A stretch of 64,000 bases of DNA from an uncultured delta proteobacterium (GCA_963778655.1 CAVZVA010000010.1:320001-384000), one strand, 5' to 3'. Shown: positions 19,851 to 29,896, counted from the first letter of the stretch. Numbers and translations are program-made. The notes: generated by a model from the sequence alone, not told the origin.

Positions 19851-20279
19851 TCAACCCGCCTGCGGGCGCTCGCGCCGCCACGCCAGGTAGTCGGCGAGAA
19901 TCCGCGCATGGTCGAACGCGAGCGCTTGCGGCCACGCGCCAGGCGCGAACACGGAGAGCGCCTTGGCGTCGTCCATGGCGTGCGGCGTGCCGGTCGCGTG
20001 CGCCACGTACACGATCGACACGGTGTGGCCGCGCGGGTCACGCGCCGGGTCCGAGTACACGCCGAGCAGCGCGTCGAGGCTGACCGAGAGCCCGGTCTCC
20101 TCCGCGGCTTCGCGCACGGCCGCTGCTTCCACCGTCTCGCCGACATCGACGAAGCCGCCGGGCAGCGCCCAGCCGTACGGGGGATTGGCGCGCTCGATCA
20201 GGACGATCGGCCGCCCCGGCCGATCCGAGAGCTCGATCACGGTGTCGGCAGCGAGCAGCGGCGTACGGGGCGCAGGCAT
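19851..20279 (-). CDS. NUDIX hydrolase
   Basis: Nudix box GGFVDVGETVEAAAVREAAEETGL; RDPRGH and LAFDH motifs. Confidence 0.9.
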   Translation of the reverse strand: MPAPRTPLLAADTVIELSDRPGRPIVLIERANPPYGWALPGGFVDVGETVEAAAVREAAEETGLSVSLDALLGVYSDPARDPRGHTVSIVYVAHATGTPHAMDDAKALSVFAPGAWPQALAFDHARILADYLAWRRERPQAG

Positions 20280-20343
20280 GCCCGAGTCTTGCACCGCGCA
20301 ACGCGCGAAGCGAGAGCCAGCCTCGCCGAGGCCGCGGGCAGTC

Positions 20344-20385
20344 AAAGAAAAGCCCGCGGCCTCGGAGTCTCCCGAGGCCGCGGGC
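20344..20385 (-). terminator. Rho-independent terminator of amtB
   Basis: Perfect 14-bp stem (20352-20365 / 20372-20385) followed by TTTTCTTT on the minus strand. Confidence 0.8.
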
Positions 20386-20422
20386 CAGCTGCGCTAGAAC
20401 GCGCTCAGCGTGCGCCCGATGC

Positions 20423-21901
20423 TCAGGCGCTGCTGCCGCTCGGCGCCATCGCGCCCGCAGGCGCGGCAGCCACGGTGGAAGCGGCCACGGTCGCCGGCGA
20501 CTCGGTCCTGCCAGCTTCGCCCGGGTAGCCCTCGATGCCCATCTCCGGCACGTCGAGGCCCGCGATCTCGTCTTCGAGGCTGACGCGGTTGCCCACGATC
20601 CCGTCGATGACCTTGAGCGCGACGTAGGTGACCCCGGCGGTCCAGGCGAAGCACACGATCACACCGATGCAGGAGGCCACGAACTGCCCCGCGTCACCGT
20701 AGAACAGGCCCTTCACCGTGCCGGGCACGCCGTTCCAGCCGTCGCCGTAGCGGCCGTCGGAGAGCAGCCCGAGCGCGAGAATGCCCCACGCGCCGTTGAC
20801 GCCGTGAACCGCGATCGCGCCGACCGGATCGTCGATCTTCATCGAGTTCTCGATGTACATCGCCGAAACGATCACCAGCACGCCGGCAATCAAGCCGATC
20901 AGCATGGACGCGGGTGCAGTCACGAATGCGCACGGGGCGGTGATGGCGACCAGGCCCGCCAGCATGCCGTTGCACAGCAACGTCACATCGGGCTTGCCGT
21001 AGCGGATCTTCATGTACAGGTAGGCACCGAAGGCGCCCGAGGCGGACGCGAGCAGGGTGTTGGTCGCGATCACCGCGATGCGGGTATCCATGCCGGCCAA
21101 CGTGGAGCCGGGGTTGAAGCCGAACCAGCCGAAGGCCAGGATGAACGTGCCGATGGCGACCATCGCCACGTTGTGGCCCGGGATCGGCTTGGCCTTGCCG
21201 TCCTTGTCGAACTTGCCGTGCCGGGCCCCGAGCATCTTGGCGCCGACGAACGCGGCCACGCCGCCGACCATGTGCACGACCGAGCTGCCGGCGAAGTCGA
21301 CGTGACCGTGGCCGAGCCCGTAGTTGCGGCCGAGCGCGGACAGCCAGCCGCCGCCCCACACCCAGTTGGCGAAGATCGGATAGGTGAAGCCGGTGATGAC
21401 GAAGCTGAAGATCACGAACGAGCTGAACTTCCAGCGCTCGGCCATCGCGCCGGTGGGGATGGTGGCCGTGGTGTCCATGAACACCATCTGAAACAGGAAC
21501 AGGGCCGCGATCGGCGCCGTGTACACGGCTGGGGACAGGAAGAAGCCCGACATGCCGAACAGGCCGAATTCCTTGCCACCCAGATGGATGATGAATTCGC
21601 TGTTCAAGCTGGCGTCGTTGCCGAAGGTGCCGAGCGCGCCCACGCCGCCCATCTGCAGCCCGAAGCCCAGCGCCCAGTAGGCGCAGATGCCGATGCTGTA
21701 GACGAGGAAGTTCATCCCCATGGTGTGCGCGACGTTCTTGCCCCGGGTCAGGCCGGTCTCGACCATCGCGAAACCCGCCTGCATGAACATGACCAGGAAC
21801 CCTGCGAGCAGGGTCCACATGATGTTGATGGCGACCTGGATGTCGCCAACGGCCTTGGCGTTGTCGGCGAGCTGTTTCGCCATATCTGCTGCAGTGGGCA
21901 T
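20423..21901 (-). CDS. amtB: Ammonium transporter
   Basis: FMQAGFAMVE, DFAGSSVVH, GWFGFNPGS, IDDPVGAIAVHG motifs. Confidence 0.95.
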   Translation of the reverse strand: MPTAADMAKQLADNAKAVGDIQVAINIMWTLLAGFLVMFMQAGFAMVETGLTRGKNVAHTMGMNFLVYSIGICAYWALGFGLQMGGVGALGTFGNDASLNSEFIIHLGGKEFGLFGMSGFFLSPAVYTAPIAALFLFQMVFMDTTATIPTGAMAERWKFSSFVIFSFVITGFTYPIFANWVWGGGWLSALGRNYGLGHGHVDFAGSSVVHMVGGVAAFVGAKMLGARHGKFDKDGKAKPIPGHNVAMVAIGTFILAFGWFGFNPGSTLAGMDTRIAVIATNTLLASASGAFGAYLYMKIRYGKPDVTLLCNGMLAGLVAITAPCAFVTAPASMLIGLIAGVLVIVSAMYIENSMKIDDPVGAIAVHGVNGAWGILALGLLSDGRYGDGWNGVPGTVKGLFYGDAGQFVASCIGVIVCFAWTAGVTYVALKVIDGIVGNRVSLEDEIAGLDVPEMGIEGYPGEAGRTESPATVAASTVAAAPAGAMAPSGSSA

Positions 21902-22116
21902 GGAGCAATCTCCTTCTTCCTTCGAAATCCTTGGATGGCCTCGTTGAGCCAGAGTCTAGCTACCCCGCCCACATTTCCGGTCGATGTCGTATCCGAGATC
22001 GGCGCGTAAATTTCGGTCAGGGTGTGATCCCCGAGCGGTGCGACAGCCCAGTCTCGGAACACCGGATGCGCGCGGGGGTTTGGCACATTCCGGCACGCTG
22101 GCGGCAGGCCATGGAC

Positions 22117-22133
22117 CTGGCACGCGACGTGCG
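22117..22133 (+). promoter_or_regulatory. Sigma54 (-24/-12) promoter candidate
   Basis: CTGGCACGCGACGTGCG matches TGGCACG-N4-(T)TGC with GG-N10-GC spacing, about 47 bp upstream of ATG 22180. Confidence 0.6.
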
Positions 22134-22179
22134 TATGTAGCGGGAGGCGCTCGCAAAACCGGGCGCGAAGGAGCGGACT

Positions 22180-23316
22180 ATGCCCGCAGCACCTCCCTGT
22201 CCCAGACCCCGGCCGCGGCGGCTGACGGCGGCGTCTGCCGAAACCACCCCGTTCCGGCTGCCGGCGACGGCGTTGGCCATGCTCTGGATCGCCGTGGCGG
22301 CGGGCTCGGCGCGCGCGCAGACCTGCGTGGACGACACGGACTGCCCGGATCGCTTCACCTGCGAAAAAGTCGGCTCCATCCCGTGCTCCGACGTCAAACC
22401 GTGCCCGCAGGGGCAAACCTGTCCTGAGCAACCGGCATGCGCGCCGATGGACTTGCTGGAGTGCAGGTCCCCGGACTGCAGCACCGACGCCGACTGCCCC
22501 ACGGACATGGTGTGCTGGGAGCAGACCAGCACCGCGTGCACGGACCAGTCCGCGCCTGCGTGCAAGCCGGGCGCAGACTGTCCCGATGCTGGTGACGGCG
22601 GCTCGGCTACCGATGCCGGACAGCCCGACTGCACCACCACCACCAGCCGCAGCTGCGTGCCGCGCTACGTGCCCCCCTGCAAGACCGACGCGGACTGCGG
22701 CGCGGGGTTCACCTGCAAGGCGCAGCAACGGTGCGCGTGCTCGGGCGGCGCCGGCATCTTGCCGGACGGCGGGGTGGCGATGTCCCAGCCCGATCAGTGT
22801 ACGTGCGAGCCGAGCGGAACTTCGTATTGCGAGCTGCAGCGGACCGAGTGCAGCAGCGCGGGCGATTGCCCGAGCGGTTTCAGCTGCGGCGCAGACCCGA
22901 ACGCGGCGGTGTGCAGCAGCGCGGGCGGCAGCGGCACCAGCAGCGGGAGCAGCGGCGGCGCCGCGGGCGCGGCTGCAGTCGAGCAGGATGGTGGTCAGCC
23001 GGCGGATCTGGGCGGTGGTGCGTGCCCGGACGCGGGTGCGCCGGCCATGCTCTGCCTGCCGCCCTACTACGAGCTCGGGTTCAACCGCAGCGGCGGCGCA
23101 ACGGCCGCCGACGCGGAGCAGGCGGGCAAGGGCGGCGGCGCCGATGGCGGCGCCGGCTCGGCGACCTCGGACGCAGGCACCACGCACACCGCGGTCAAGA
23201 CCAAGAGCAAGTCCCACGGCTGCGCGGTCGCAGCCGACGACACGCAGGCGAGCCTGCTGCAGCTGTTGGGCCTACTTGGCCTAGCCGTGCTGCGACGGCG
23301 CCGCGCGCACGACTGA
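22180..23316 (+). CDS. Cys-rich surface protein with MYXO-CTERM-like sorting tail
   Basis: Signal peptide; repeated C..D.DC units; ends GCAVAA...LLGLLGLAVLRRRR. Confidence 0.8.
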   Translation: MPAAPPCPRPRPRRLTAASAETTPFRLPATALAMLWIAVAAGSARAQTCVDDTDCPDRFTCEKVGSIPCSDVKPCPQGQTCPEQPACAPMDLLECRSPDCSTDADCPTDMVCWEQTSTACTDQSAPACKPGADCPDAGDGGSATDAGQPDCTTTTSRSCVPRYVPPCKTDADCGAGFTCKAQQRCACSGGAGILPDGGVAMSQPDQCTCEPSGTSYCELQRTECSSAGDCPSGFSCGADPNAAVCSSAGGSGTSSGSSGGAAGAAAVEQDGGQPADLGGGACPDAGAPAMLCLPPYYELGFNRSGGATAADAEQAGKGGGADGGAGSATSDAGTTHTAVKTKSKSHGCAVAADDTQASLLQLLGLLGLAVLRRRRAHD

Positions 23317-23334
23317 TCTTCGAAGCTCGCAGCC

Positions 23335-24666
23335 CTATTTCCCGCTCCAGCGCACGTTGGAGAGCGCGCCGGAGAGCACCTTGTTCTGGTTGAGGCCTTC
23401 GGGATTGGAGATGAAGATGCCGCCGCGCGAGGAGGCGAACGCCACCATCCGGCAGTCGGGCGAGAAGGCCGGATCCTGGTTGCTGCCCTGACCCTGGGTC
23501 AGGCGCGTGTATTCGCCGGTCTTCAGGTTGACGGTGAAGATGTCGAAGGCGCCGCCGTCGCGACCGGTGAACGCGATCAGGGGAGAGTCGGGGTCCATGC
23601 ACCAGGAGGGCGTCTGGTTGTACTCGCCCTTGTAGGTGACGCGCTTGGCGTCGCCGCCGCCCGCGCCCATCACGAACACCTGCGGTCCGCCGTGACGCGT
23701 GGACACGAACGCGATCTGCCCGCCCGGGCCGCAGGCGGGGCTGATGTCGATCGCGGGGTTGTTGGTGATGCGGCGGACGTCGCCGCCGTCGAGATTCGCG
23801 CTGTAGATCTCGCTGTTGCCGTCGCGGGAAGAGCTGAAGTACACCCGGCCGTTGCACACCGTCACGCCCATGTTCAGGCCGCTGCTGCTGATCACCGGCG
23901 CCTCGCGATGCTTGGTGTTGGTGATGAACATGCCGCTCGAGCTGAGGATCGAGTACCAGATGCCGTGCAGGGCGCCGAACGCCGACAACATCGCGAGGCC
24001 CCGGCCGCGGTTGATGCGGCCCTGGTTCTGCCCGTCGAAGTCCGAGACGTAGACGTCCTTGCGCCCGGGGCCGAGCTTGCGCGTGAAGCTGAGCCGAGTG
24101 TTGAAGGCGCCCGGCTTACCGGTCAGCACGCGCAGGATCTCGTTGGCGAAGTCGTGCATGAACCCGCGTAGCTCGCCCGTGCCGCCCCGGTAGCTCTTGC
24201 TCAGGATCGGGGTTTCGCCGCGCGCGATCTCGTACAGGCGCATCTCCAGGTGCAGCGCGCTGCCGGCGACCGCCATCTGGCCCTTGACCACGCCCTGCGC
24301 ACCTACGCTCGACCAGGGCGGCTTGGTGACGCCCAGTCCCTCCTGCTGCATGTTGGCGATGAAGGAGCGCGGGTCGAGCACGTTGAACAGCGAGACCAAG
24401 CGCAGATCGTTGCGGATCACGCCCGACCCCTGGGCGCCCAGGGTCGCATCACCGAGCAGGTCGGGCACGGCGATGCGGTAGAGGTCGCGCGCCGGCGCGT
24501 TGACGTCGATCACGATGCGCGTGGGCAGCGGTTGCTCGGGCGTGCCCGTGGCGACGCCGTCCTGCGAGGCGCCCGGCAGGGGCCAGCCGAGCGCGCACGC
24601 GAGCGCGCCGGCGGCGCCGAGCGCCAGCGCGGCGCGGAGGGGTTTGGGGCGGTGAAAGGCGTTCAT
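23335..24666 (-). CDS. tolB: TolB beta-propeller protein
   Basis: IAVPD N-domain, PD40 repeats (SSRDGNSEIY, YNQTPSW, NQDPAFSPD); lies downstream of tolQR. Confidence 0.85.
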   Translation of the reverse strand: MNAFHRPKPLRAALALGAAGALACALGWPLPGASQDGVATGTPEQPLPTRIVIDVNAPARDLYRIAVPDLLGDATLGAQGSGVIRNDLRLVSLFNVLDPRSFIANMQQEGLGVTKPPWSSVGAQGVVKGQMAVAGSALHLEMRLYEIARGETPILSKSYRGGTGELRGFMHDFANEILRVLTGKPGAFNTRLSFTRKLGPGRKDVYVSDFDGQNQGRINRGRGLAMLSAFGALHGIWYSILSSSGMFITNTKHREAPVISSSGLNMGVTVCNGRVYFSSSRDGNSEIYSANLDGGDVRRITNNPAIDISPACGPGGQIAFVSTRHGGPQVFVMGAGGGDAKRVTYKGEYNQTPSWCMDPDSPLIAFTGRDGGAFDIFTVNLKTGEYTRLTQGQGSNQDPAFSPDCRMVAFASSRGGIFISNPEGLNQNKVLSGALSNVRWSGK

Positions 24667-24815
24667 GTGTCCTCGGACGGGCCGCACCGGGGCCGCCTTC
24701 ACGGCCCGGGCCAGAGGGCTTGTTCTACACCAGACCTGCGCGTGTGCCGGACGAAATACGCTCCTGCGCTCGGCGGCCAGGCGAGCGCGTGCGCGCCCAT
24801 ACCGCGCGCGCCACC

Positions 24816-25604
24816 CTACTCCGCACCCTCGCCACTGAAGCGCACGCCGATCGTCTTGCCAACGAAGCGGTACGCCACGTCCGGCGGCGGCTCGGGCAGG
24901 GTGGCGCCCGAGTCGTGCAGCTGCTGCAGGCGGTCCTCCACCGACTGGTCGAACAGCGGCTCTCCGCTCGACTTGTCGAGCTTGAAGTCGCCTACCTTCA
25001 AGTCGCGCGTGATCTCGAAGCTCGCCGCCGCCACCAGCTTGCTGGTGTCGCCCAGGGTGGTGGGGATGGTCCAGCCGCGCTTGAGAAACGACACCAGCTT
25101 GCCGAGGTAGATGTCGCCGACCTGGGCTTCCTTTTCGGTGCCCTCGGCGATGCCCTCGGGATCGCCTTCTTTCTCGCGTTCCTCGGCGATCTCCGCGAAG
25201 GCCTGGGCACGGTCGCCCAGACGCGTGAGCAGGTCGGGGGTCGGGTTCTCCGGGCGCGGGCCCGCGTCGGGCTTGTCCGGAGGAGGCGGGTTCATGTTCT
25301 TGGAGACGACCTTCTCCTTGTCGGGCGCAGTGCTCTTGCGCGGCACGATGCGATTGGGGAGCTTCTTGGGGTCGAGCTTCTTGCCCAAGCGCACGAAGCG
25401 CGCCTCGACCACGTGCTGCTCGACGAAGCTGTCCGGACGCGTAGCGCTGGCGGCAGCCAGCGCCGAGGTCACCAGCACCACCAGCAGCGGCAGCGCCACG
25501 TGCGCGCCGAGCGCGAACAGCGCGCCGCCGACCAACACCTCGCGGCTTTCGGGCCGGGGCTCGAGCATGGTGGGCGGGCGGTTGTCGTAGCGCTCGAGGT
25601 GCAT
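24816..25604 (-). CDS. TolA/TonB C-terminal domain protein
   Basis: N-terminal TM with His, Pro/Lys-rich linker, SSGEPLFDQSV...LPEPP motif; sits between tolR and tolB. Confidence 0.8.
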   Translation of the reverse strand: MHLERYDNRPPTMLEPRPESREVLVGGALFALGAHVALPLLVVLVTSALAAASATRPDSFVEQHVVEARFVRLGKKLDPKKLPNRIVPRKSTAPDKEKVVSKNMNPPPPDKPDAGPRPENPTPDLLTRLGDRAQAFAEIAEEREKEGDPEGIAEGTEKEAQVGDIYLGKLVSFLKRGWTIPTTLGDTSKLVAAASFEITRDLKVGDFKLDKSSGEPLFDQSVEDRLQQLHDSGATLPEPPPDVAYRFVGKTIGVRFSGEGAE

Positions 25605-25641
25605 GGTCAGGAGGTCGACCGCAAGCGCGCGCTCGCGGCAG

Positions 25642-26052
25642 TCATTCGGAGCTCAACGGATCGGTCACCAGACCGACCTTCTCGATCCCGCCCTGTCGCA
25701 CCAGGGCCATCACCTTGGCCACGAAGCCGTAGGGCACGGTCTCGTCGGCCTGGATGTAGATCTCCTTGTCGTGCTGCAGGCGGTCGTTGGTGGTCAGCGC
25801 TTGTTCCAGCCGGTCGTAGGGCACCTCGGCCTCACCCAGGAACACCTTCTGTTCCTTGGTGATGGTCAGCAGCAGCTTCTCGTCCTCGCGATCCATGCGC
25901 GGGGCACGCGTCTTGGGCAGGTCGATCTCCATGCCGGTGGTCATCATCGGCGCGCTGACCATGAAGATGATGAGCAGCACCAACATCACGTCGACCAACG
26001 GCGTGACGTTGATCTCGCTGAGAGGTCCCTTGCCGCCGCTGCTGAAGGCCAT
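25642..26052 (-). CDS. tolR: TolR/ExbD
   Basis: EINVTPLVDVMLVLLIIFMV; ADETVPYG. Confidence 0.9.
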   Translation of the reverse strand: MAFSSGGKGPLSEINVTPLVDVMLVLLIIFMVSAPMMTTGMEIDLPKTRAPRMDREDEKLLLTITKEQKVFLGEAEVPYDRLEQALTTNDRLQHDKEIYIQADETVPYGFVAKVMALVRQGGIEKVGLVTDPLSSE

Positions 26053-26059
26053 GCTGCCG

Positions 26060-26830
26060 TCAACCCGCCAGGAAGTGCCGGCGCACGATGTTGAGCATGT
26101 CGCTCGAGAAGCTCTCCATCTCGCTGGCCAGCACGTTGATGCGACGCACGAAGTAATTGTACGCCATCACCGCGGGGATCGCCGCCGCCAGGCCGATCGC
26201 GGTGGCGATCAGGGCCTCGGCGATGCCGGGTGCGACCACGTCGAGGCTGGCGTTCTTGCGCGCGCCGATCGCGATGAACGAGCTCATGATGCCCCAGACC
26301 GTGCCGAACAAGCCGACGAATGGCGCGGTGGAGCCGGTGGTGGCCAAGAAAGGCACCATCGCCTCCAGGCTGGTGACCTCGTTGGAGCTGGCGCGGCGCA
26401 GCGCGCGCGCGATGTTGTCGATGTCGCCGCCGTAGTGCTTCTGGCCGACCTGGCTGGCGCGGTCGGCGCCGAGCACACGCGCCAGCTCCACGTAGCCCGC
26501 GTGGAAGACGTTGGCCAGCGGCGAGCGCGCGCGGCTCTGGATGTTGGCGTAGAGCGACTCGAGCCGCTGCACGCTCCACACGTTGCCCTGTTCCGGGTCC
26601 CAGAACTGGCGCAGGAACAGCGCGCTCTGGCGCGTCGCCTGCGACAACCGTACCAGCTTGGAGCCGATCACGAACCAGCACACCAGCGACATGCCGGCCA
26701 GCAGCAACAGCACCATCATCACCACCGGTGAAGCGCTGACGACCAGCGCCCACGGGTCGAGCTTGGGGGCCGTGTCCGGCGGAACGCCGGCGGCCAACGT
26801 CACCAGCCGTGCGAGCATCACGTGGTGCAT
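26060..26830 (-). CDS. tolQ: TolQ/ExbB
   Basis: APFVGLFGTVWGIM; VAPGIAEALIATAIGL. Confidence 0.9.
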   Translation of the reverse strand: MHHVMLARLVTLAAGVPPDTAPKLDPWALVVSASPVVMMVLLLLAGMSLVCWFVIGSKLVRLSQATRQSALFLRQFWDPEQGNVWSVQRLESLYANIQSRARSPLANVFHAGYVELARVLGADRASQVGQKHYGGDIDNIARALRRASSNEVTSLEAMVPFLATTGSTAPFVGLFGTVWGIMSSFIAIGARKNASLDVVAPGIAEALIATAIGLAAAIPAVMAYNYFVRRINVLASEMESFSSDMLNIVRRHFLAG

Positions 26831-26935
26831 AACGGTCCTTCTCCTCTCGACTGCAGGCGGTGTTTCAACACGCGCCTTCGAGGCTGTCAATCCGCGCAGT
26901 CATTCCCGCAAACTGCCGGGGACACGCCCAACCGG

Positions 26936-27008
26936 TCCACAGCAAGACGAGAAGGCGGGAAGAACAACGTTCGTCCAGGCGCCCCGCCTTCCCGTCGTGC
27001 CGTGAATC
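26936..27008. repeat. REP-like imperfect palindrome (GGAAG family)
   Basis: CACAGCAAGACGAGAAGGCGGGAAG ... CCGCCTTCCCGTCGTGCCGTGAATC. Confidence 0.65.
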
Positions 27009-27010
27009 GC

Positions 27011-27580
27011 TCAGCGCGCCTGCTCGGCCCGGGCGACCAAGGCGCTCAGCTCGTCGTATTCGACCGCGCCGTGCTCGACCTTCGCCACCGCGCCGTCCTT
27101 GCCGACCACGCAGGTCCACGGCACGGCCTGGATTCCCAGCCGGTCGGTCAACCCCGGCTCGCCCTTGCCGACCGGATAGTCGATGCCGAGCTGGTGCGCC
27201 TTTTGGGTGAGGGCGGGCAGCGGCAGGTCGTCGATCGCGAGGCCGATCACGGTCTTGCCCTCGTGTCGCAGCCGGCTGAGCACGGGGATCTCGTGGCGGC
27301 AGGGAATGCACCAGGTCGCCCAGAAGCTCAGCACCACCACGTGCCCGCGCTCGTCTTTCAGCCGGAACACGCTGCCGTCACCGAGCTCGGCTCGCACCCG
27401 TCCCAGCGGGTGACCGGGCTCGAGCGCGCCGCTGCCCTGCAGCGAGTTGATCCAGAACAGCAGGCCCGCGCCCAGCGCCAGCAGCATCGCGCCGCGGCGG
27501 ATGCCCGCGCGCAAGGCTGGATCGAGCCGCGGGGCGGGTTCTCCGGTGTCGGGCGCGCCGGGCTCGATGGGCTCAGGCAT
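27011..27580 (-). CDS. TlpA/ResA-family thiol-disulfide oxidoreductase
   Basis: FWATWCIPC active site, N-terminal TM, cis-Pro motif AVP. Confidence 0.9.
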   Translation of the reverse strand: MPEPIEPGAPDTGEPAPRLDPALRAGIRRGAMLLALGAGLLFWINSLQGSGALEPGHPLGRVRAELGDGSVFRLKDERGHVVVLSFWATWCIPCRHEIPVLSRLRHEGKTVIGLAIDDLPLPALTQKAHQLGIDYPVGKGEPGLTDRLGIQAVPWTCVVGKDGAVAKVEHGAVEYDELSALVARAEQAR

Positions 27581-27750
27581 TGGGCCAAGCCTACAGCCCC
27601 GAGCGCGGCGCGCCACAAGCATACGCGCAGAGCCCGCAGTTACGTTCCGGGCCCGGGCGCCGGCTGCGCAGCGGCCCCGCTGGCGAGCCCCGCGCGGCCG
27701 TGCCATGTCTTGCCGGTCCAGCGGCCCGCGGCCAGGGCGTACATACGACC

Positions 27751-28611
27751 ATGCGCGATGACGACGAGCTGACCGACGATGCGCTCGCCGGACCCTACCG
27801 GGTGTGGCAGCGCAGGCGCGGCCACCGCTATTCGCTCGACGACGTGGCCACGGCCTGGGTGGCGGCGCGCGCGGCGCCGGGGGCCGAGCTCGCGCTCGAT
27901 CTCGGCGCGGGGCTGGGCTCGGTGCTGTTGATGCTCGCGTACAAGCTGCCACGGGCATGGCTGTGGGGCGTGGAAGCTCAGGACGAATCGTTCGCGCTAC
28001 TCGAGCGCAACTGCGCGCGCAACCGCGTGCGGTCGCGCGTGCGGCTTCTGCGAGCCGACTTGCGCGGCCCGGCGTGCGCGCAACAGCTGCTGGGCGAGGC
28101 GGCTGCGCGCGGCGCGCGCGGCTTCGCGCTGGTCACCGGCACGCCGCCGTACCAGCCGCCCGGCCGCGGCAGCGTCTCGCCCGACCCGCAGCGCGCGCAC
28201 GCGCGGGTGGAGCTGCGCGGCGGGGTGGAGGCCTACCTGCAGGCGGGCGGAGAGCTGCTCGCGGCCGACGGCGTGATGGTGGTGTGCGCGGACGCGCGCG
28301 CGCCGGAGCGCGTGGAGCAGGGTGCGCGCACGGCGGGGCTGTGGCCGTGCAGCCGGCTCGACGTGGTGCCGAGCGCGCACAAGCCGGCGTTGTTTTCGGT
28401 CTTCACACTGCGCCGCGCCGGAGCTGCGGGCGCGGGCGTGCTGCGCCACGAGCCGCCGCTGTTCGCACGCGACGCGCACGGCGCGCGCACCGAGCAGGCG
28501 CTGGCGCTGCGCCGCTTCTTCGATCTGCCCGTGGCTGCAGACGAGGCGCCGAGCCCGCGGCGGCGCGCGCGAGGCCGGCAGGCCGGCGGCGGCGCGCGCG
28601 AGGCAGGTTGA
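27751..28611 (+). CDS. SAM methyltransferase, tRNA m6A37 (TrmN6/YfiC)-like
   Basis: GHRYSLDD, LDLGAGLGS, GTPPY and ARVE motifs. Confidence 0.75.
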   Translation: MRDDDELTDDALAGPYRVWQRRRGHRYSLDDVATAWVAARAAPGAELALDLGAGLGSVLLMLAYKLPRAWLWGVEAQDESFALLERNCARNRVRSRVRLLRADLRGPACAQQLLGEAAARGARGFALVTGTPPYQPPGRGSVSPDPQRAHARVELRGGVEAYLQAGGELLAADGVMVVCADARAPERVEQGARTAGLWPCSRLDVVPSAHKPALFSVFTLRRAGAAGAGVLRHEPPLFARDAHGARTEQALALRRFFDLPVAADEAPSPRRRARGRQAGGGAREAG

Positions 28612-28612
28612 G

Positions 28613-29896
28613 ATGGGACCGCGCCCGCGTCCCCGGCGCGCGCTCTCCAATCGCGGCGGGCCGATCGCGCTGCGCGGCGATTCCGACGCCGCGCGACTGC
28701 TGCAAGCGGCCTGGCGCGCAGCCGAAGCCGAGCCCTTTGCCGAGGACGCGCTCACGCACGGCTTTCACAGCTATCCGGCGCGCATGCACCCGGCGCTCGC
28801 CCGCGCGCTGATCGCAGGCTTGAGCCAGCCAGGCGGGCGCGTGCTCGATCCGTTCTGCGGCAGCGGGACGGTGTTGATCGAGGCCATGCGGCTGGGGCGC
28901 ACGGCGGTGGGCGTGGACCTGAGCCCGCTCGCGGTGCGCGTGGCCGAGGTCGGCTGTGAGCTGCGCAGCCCGGCCGAACGGCAGCGCTTCGAGCTGGCGC
29001 TGCAGCAAGTGGCGGCAGCCTCGCTTTCACGGGTGCGGGCGCGGACCAAGGCGCGCGCACCGCTCTCCGCCGCGCAGCGCGCCACTTACGAGCCGCACGT
29101 GTTGCTCGAGCTGGCCGGCCTGCTGGAGGAGATCCGCCGCGTGCAGCCTGAAGCCGACGCGCGCGCGCTCGAGCTGGTGTTTTCGACGCTGCTGGTGAAG
29201 TTCTCGCGCACCCGTGCGGACACCGCCGCGCGGCCGGCCGACAAACGCATTCGCAAGGGGCTGGCCAGCGAGTTCTTTCTGCGCAAGGGCCAGGAGCTGG
29301 TGCACCGCTGGGAGGCGTTGGTGGCGGCCTTGCCCGGCGCCGGGCGAGGGTCGGGGCCCGATGCGGGGCCGCGCACGCCGCGGGCCGTTCTCGGCGACGC
29401 GCGCGAGCTGCCGCGCCTGCTTGCGGGCGAGCCGCCCTTCGCGCTGGTGGTCAGCTCGCCGCCGTACGGCGGCACCTACGACTACCAGGCCCACCACGCC
29501 TTGCGTTGCGCGTGGCTGGGGCTGCCCACGCGCGCGGCCGAGCGCGGCGAGATCGGCGCGCGCAGGCATCTGAGCCGCGGCGCGGGTCCCGCGCGTGCGG
29601 CGCTGGCGCGCTGGGATCGCGAGCTCGGCGCCGCGCTGCGCGCGATCGGGGCGGTGTGCGAGCCGGACGCCTCGATCGCGCTGGTGATGGGCGACGCGCA
29701 GATCGCGGGCGTGCGCATCGACGCCGCCGAGCAGCTGGCACGACTCGCGCCGCAGGCGGGCCTGCGCCCGCTGGCCGTAGCCTCGCAGCCCCGAGCGGAC
29801 TACCACCGCGGCCCTGCACGCATGGAGCACATCGTGCTGATGCAGCCGTGCCATGACCGAGCAGGCTGGCATCCGGAGACTGGTCTTTCGGATTGA
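28613..29896 (+). CDS. Amino (N4/N6) DNA methyltransferase-like protein
   Basis: THGFHSYPA, DPFCGSGT (motif I), then SSPPY (motif IV). Confidence 0.75.
   Translation: MGPRPRPRRALSNRGGPIALRGDSDAARLLQAAWRAAEAEPFAEDALTHGFHSYPARMHPALARALIAGLSQPGGRVLDPFCGSGTVLIEAMRLGRTAVGVDLSPLAVRVAEVGCELRSPAERQRFELALQQVAAASLSRVRARTKARAPLSAAQRATYEPHVLLELAGLLEEIRRVQPEADARALELVFSTLLVKFSRTRADTAARPADKRIRKGLASEFFLRKGQELVHRWEALVAALPGAGRGSGPDAGPRTPRAVLGDARELPRLLAGEPPFALVVSSPPYGGTYDYQAHHALRCAWLGLPTRAAERGEIGARRHLSRGAGPARAALARWDRELGAALRAIGAVCEPDASIALVMGDAQIAGVRIDAAEQLARLAPQAGLRPLAVASQPRADYHRGPARMEHIVLMQPCHDRAGWHPETGLSD

Noticed and set aside
22081..22097. Second sigma54 site (TGGCACATT)
   Set aside because: No GC at the -12 position.
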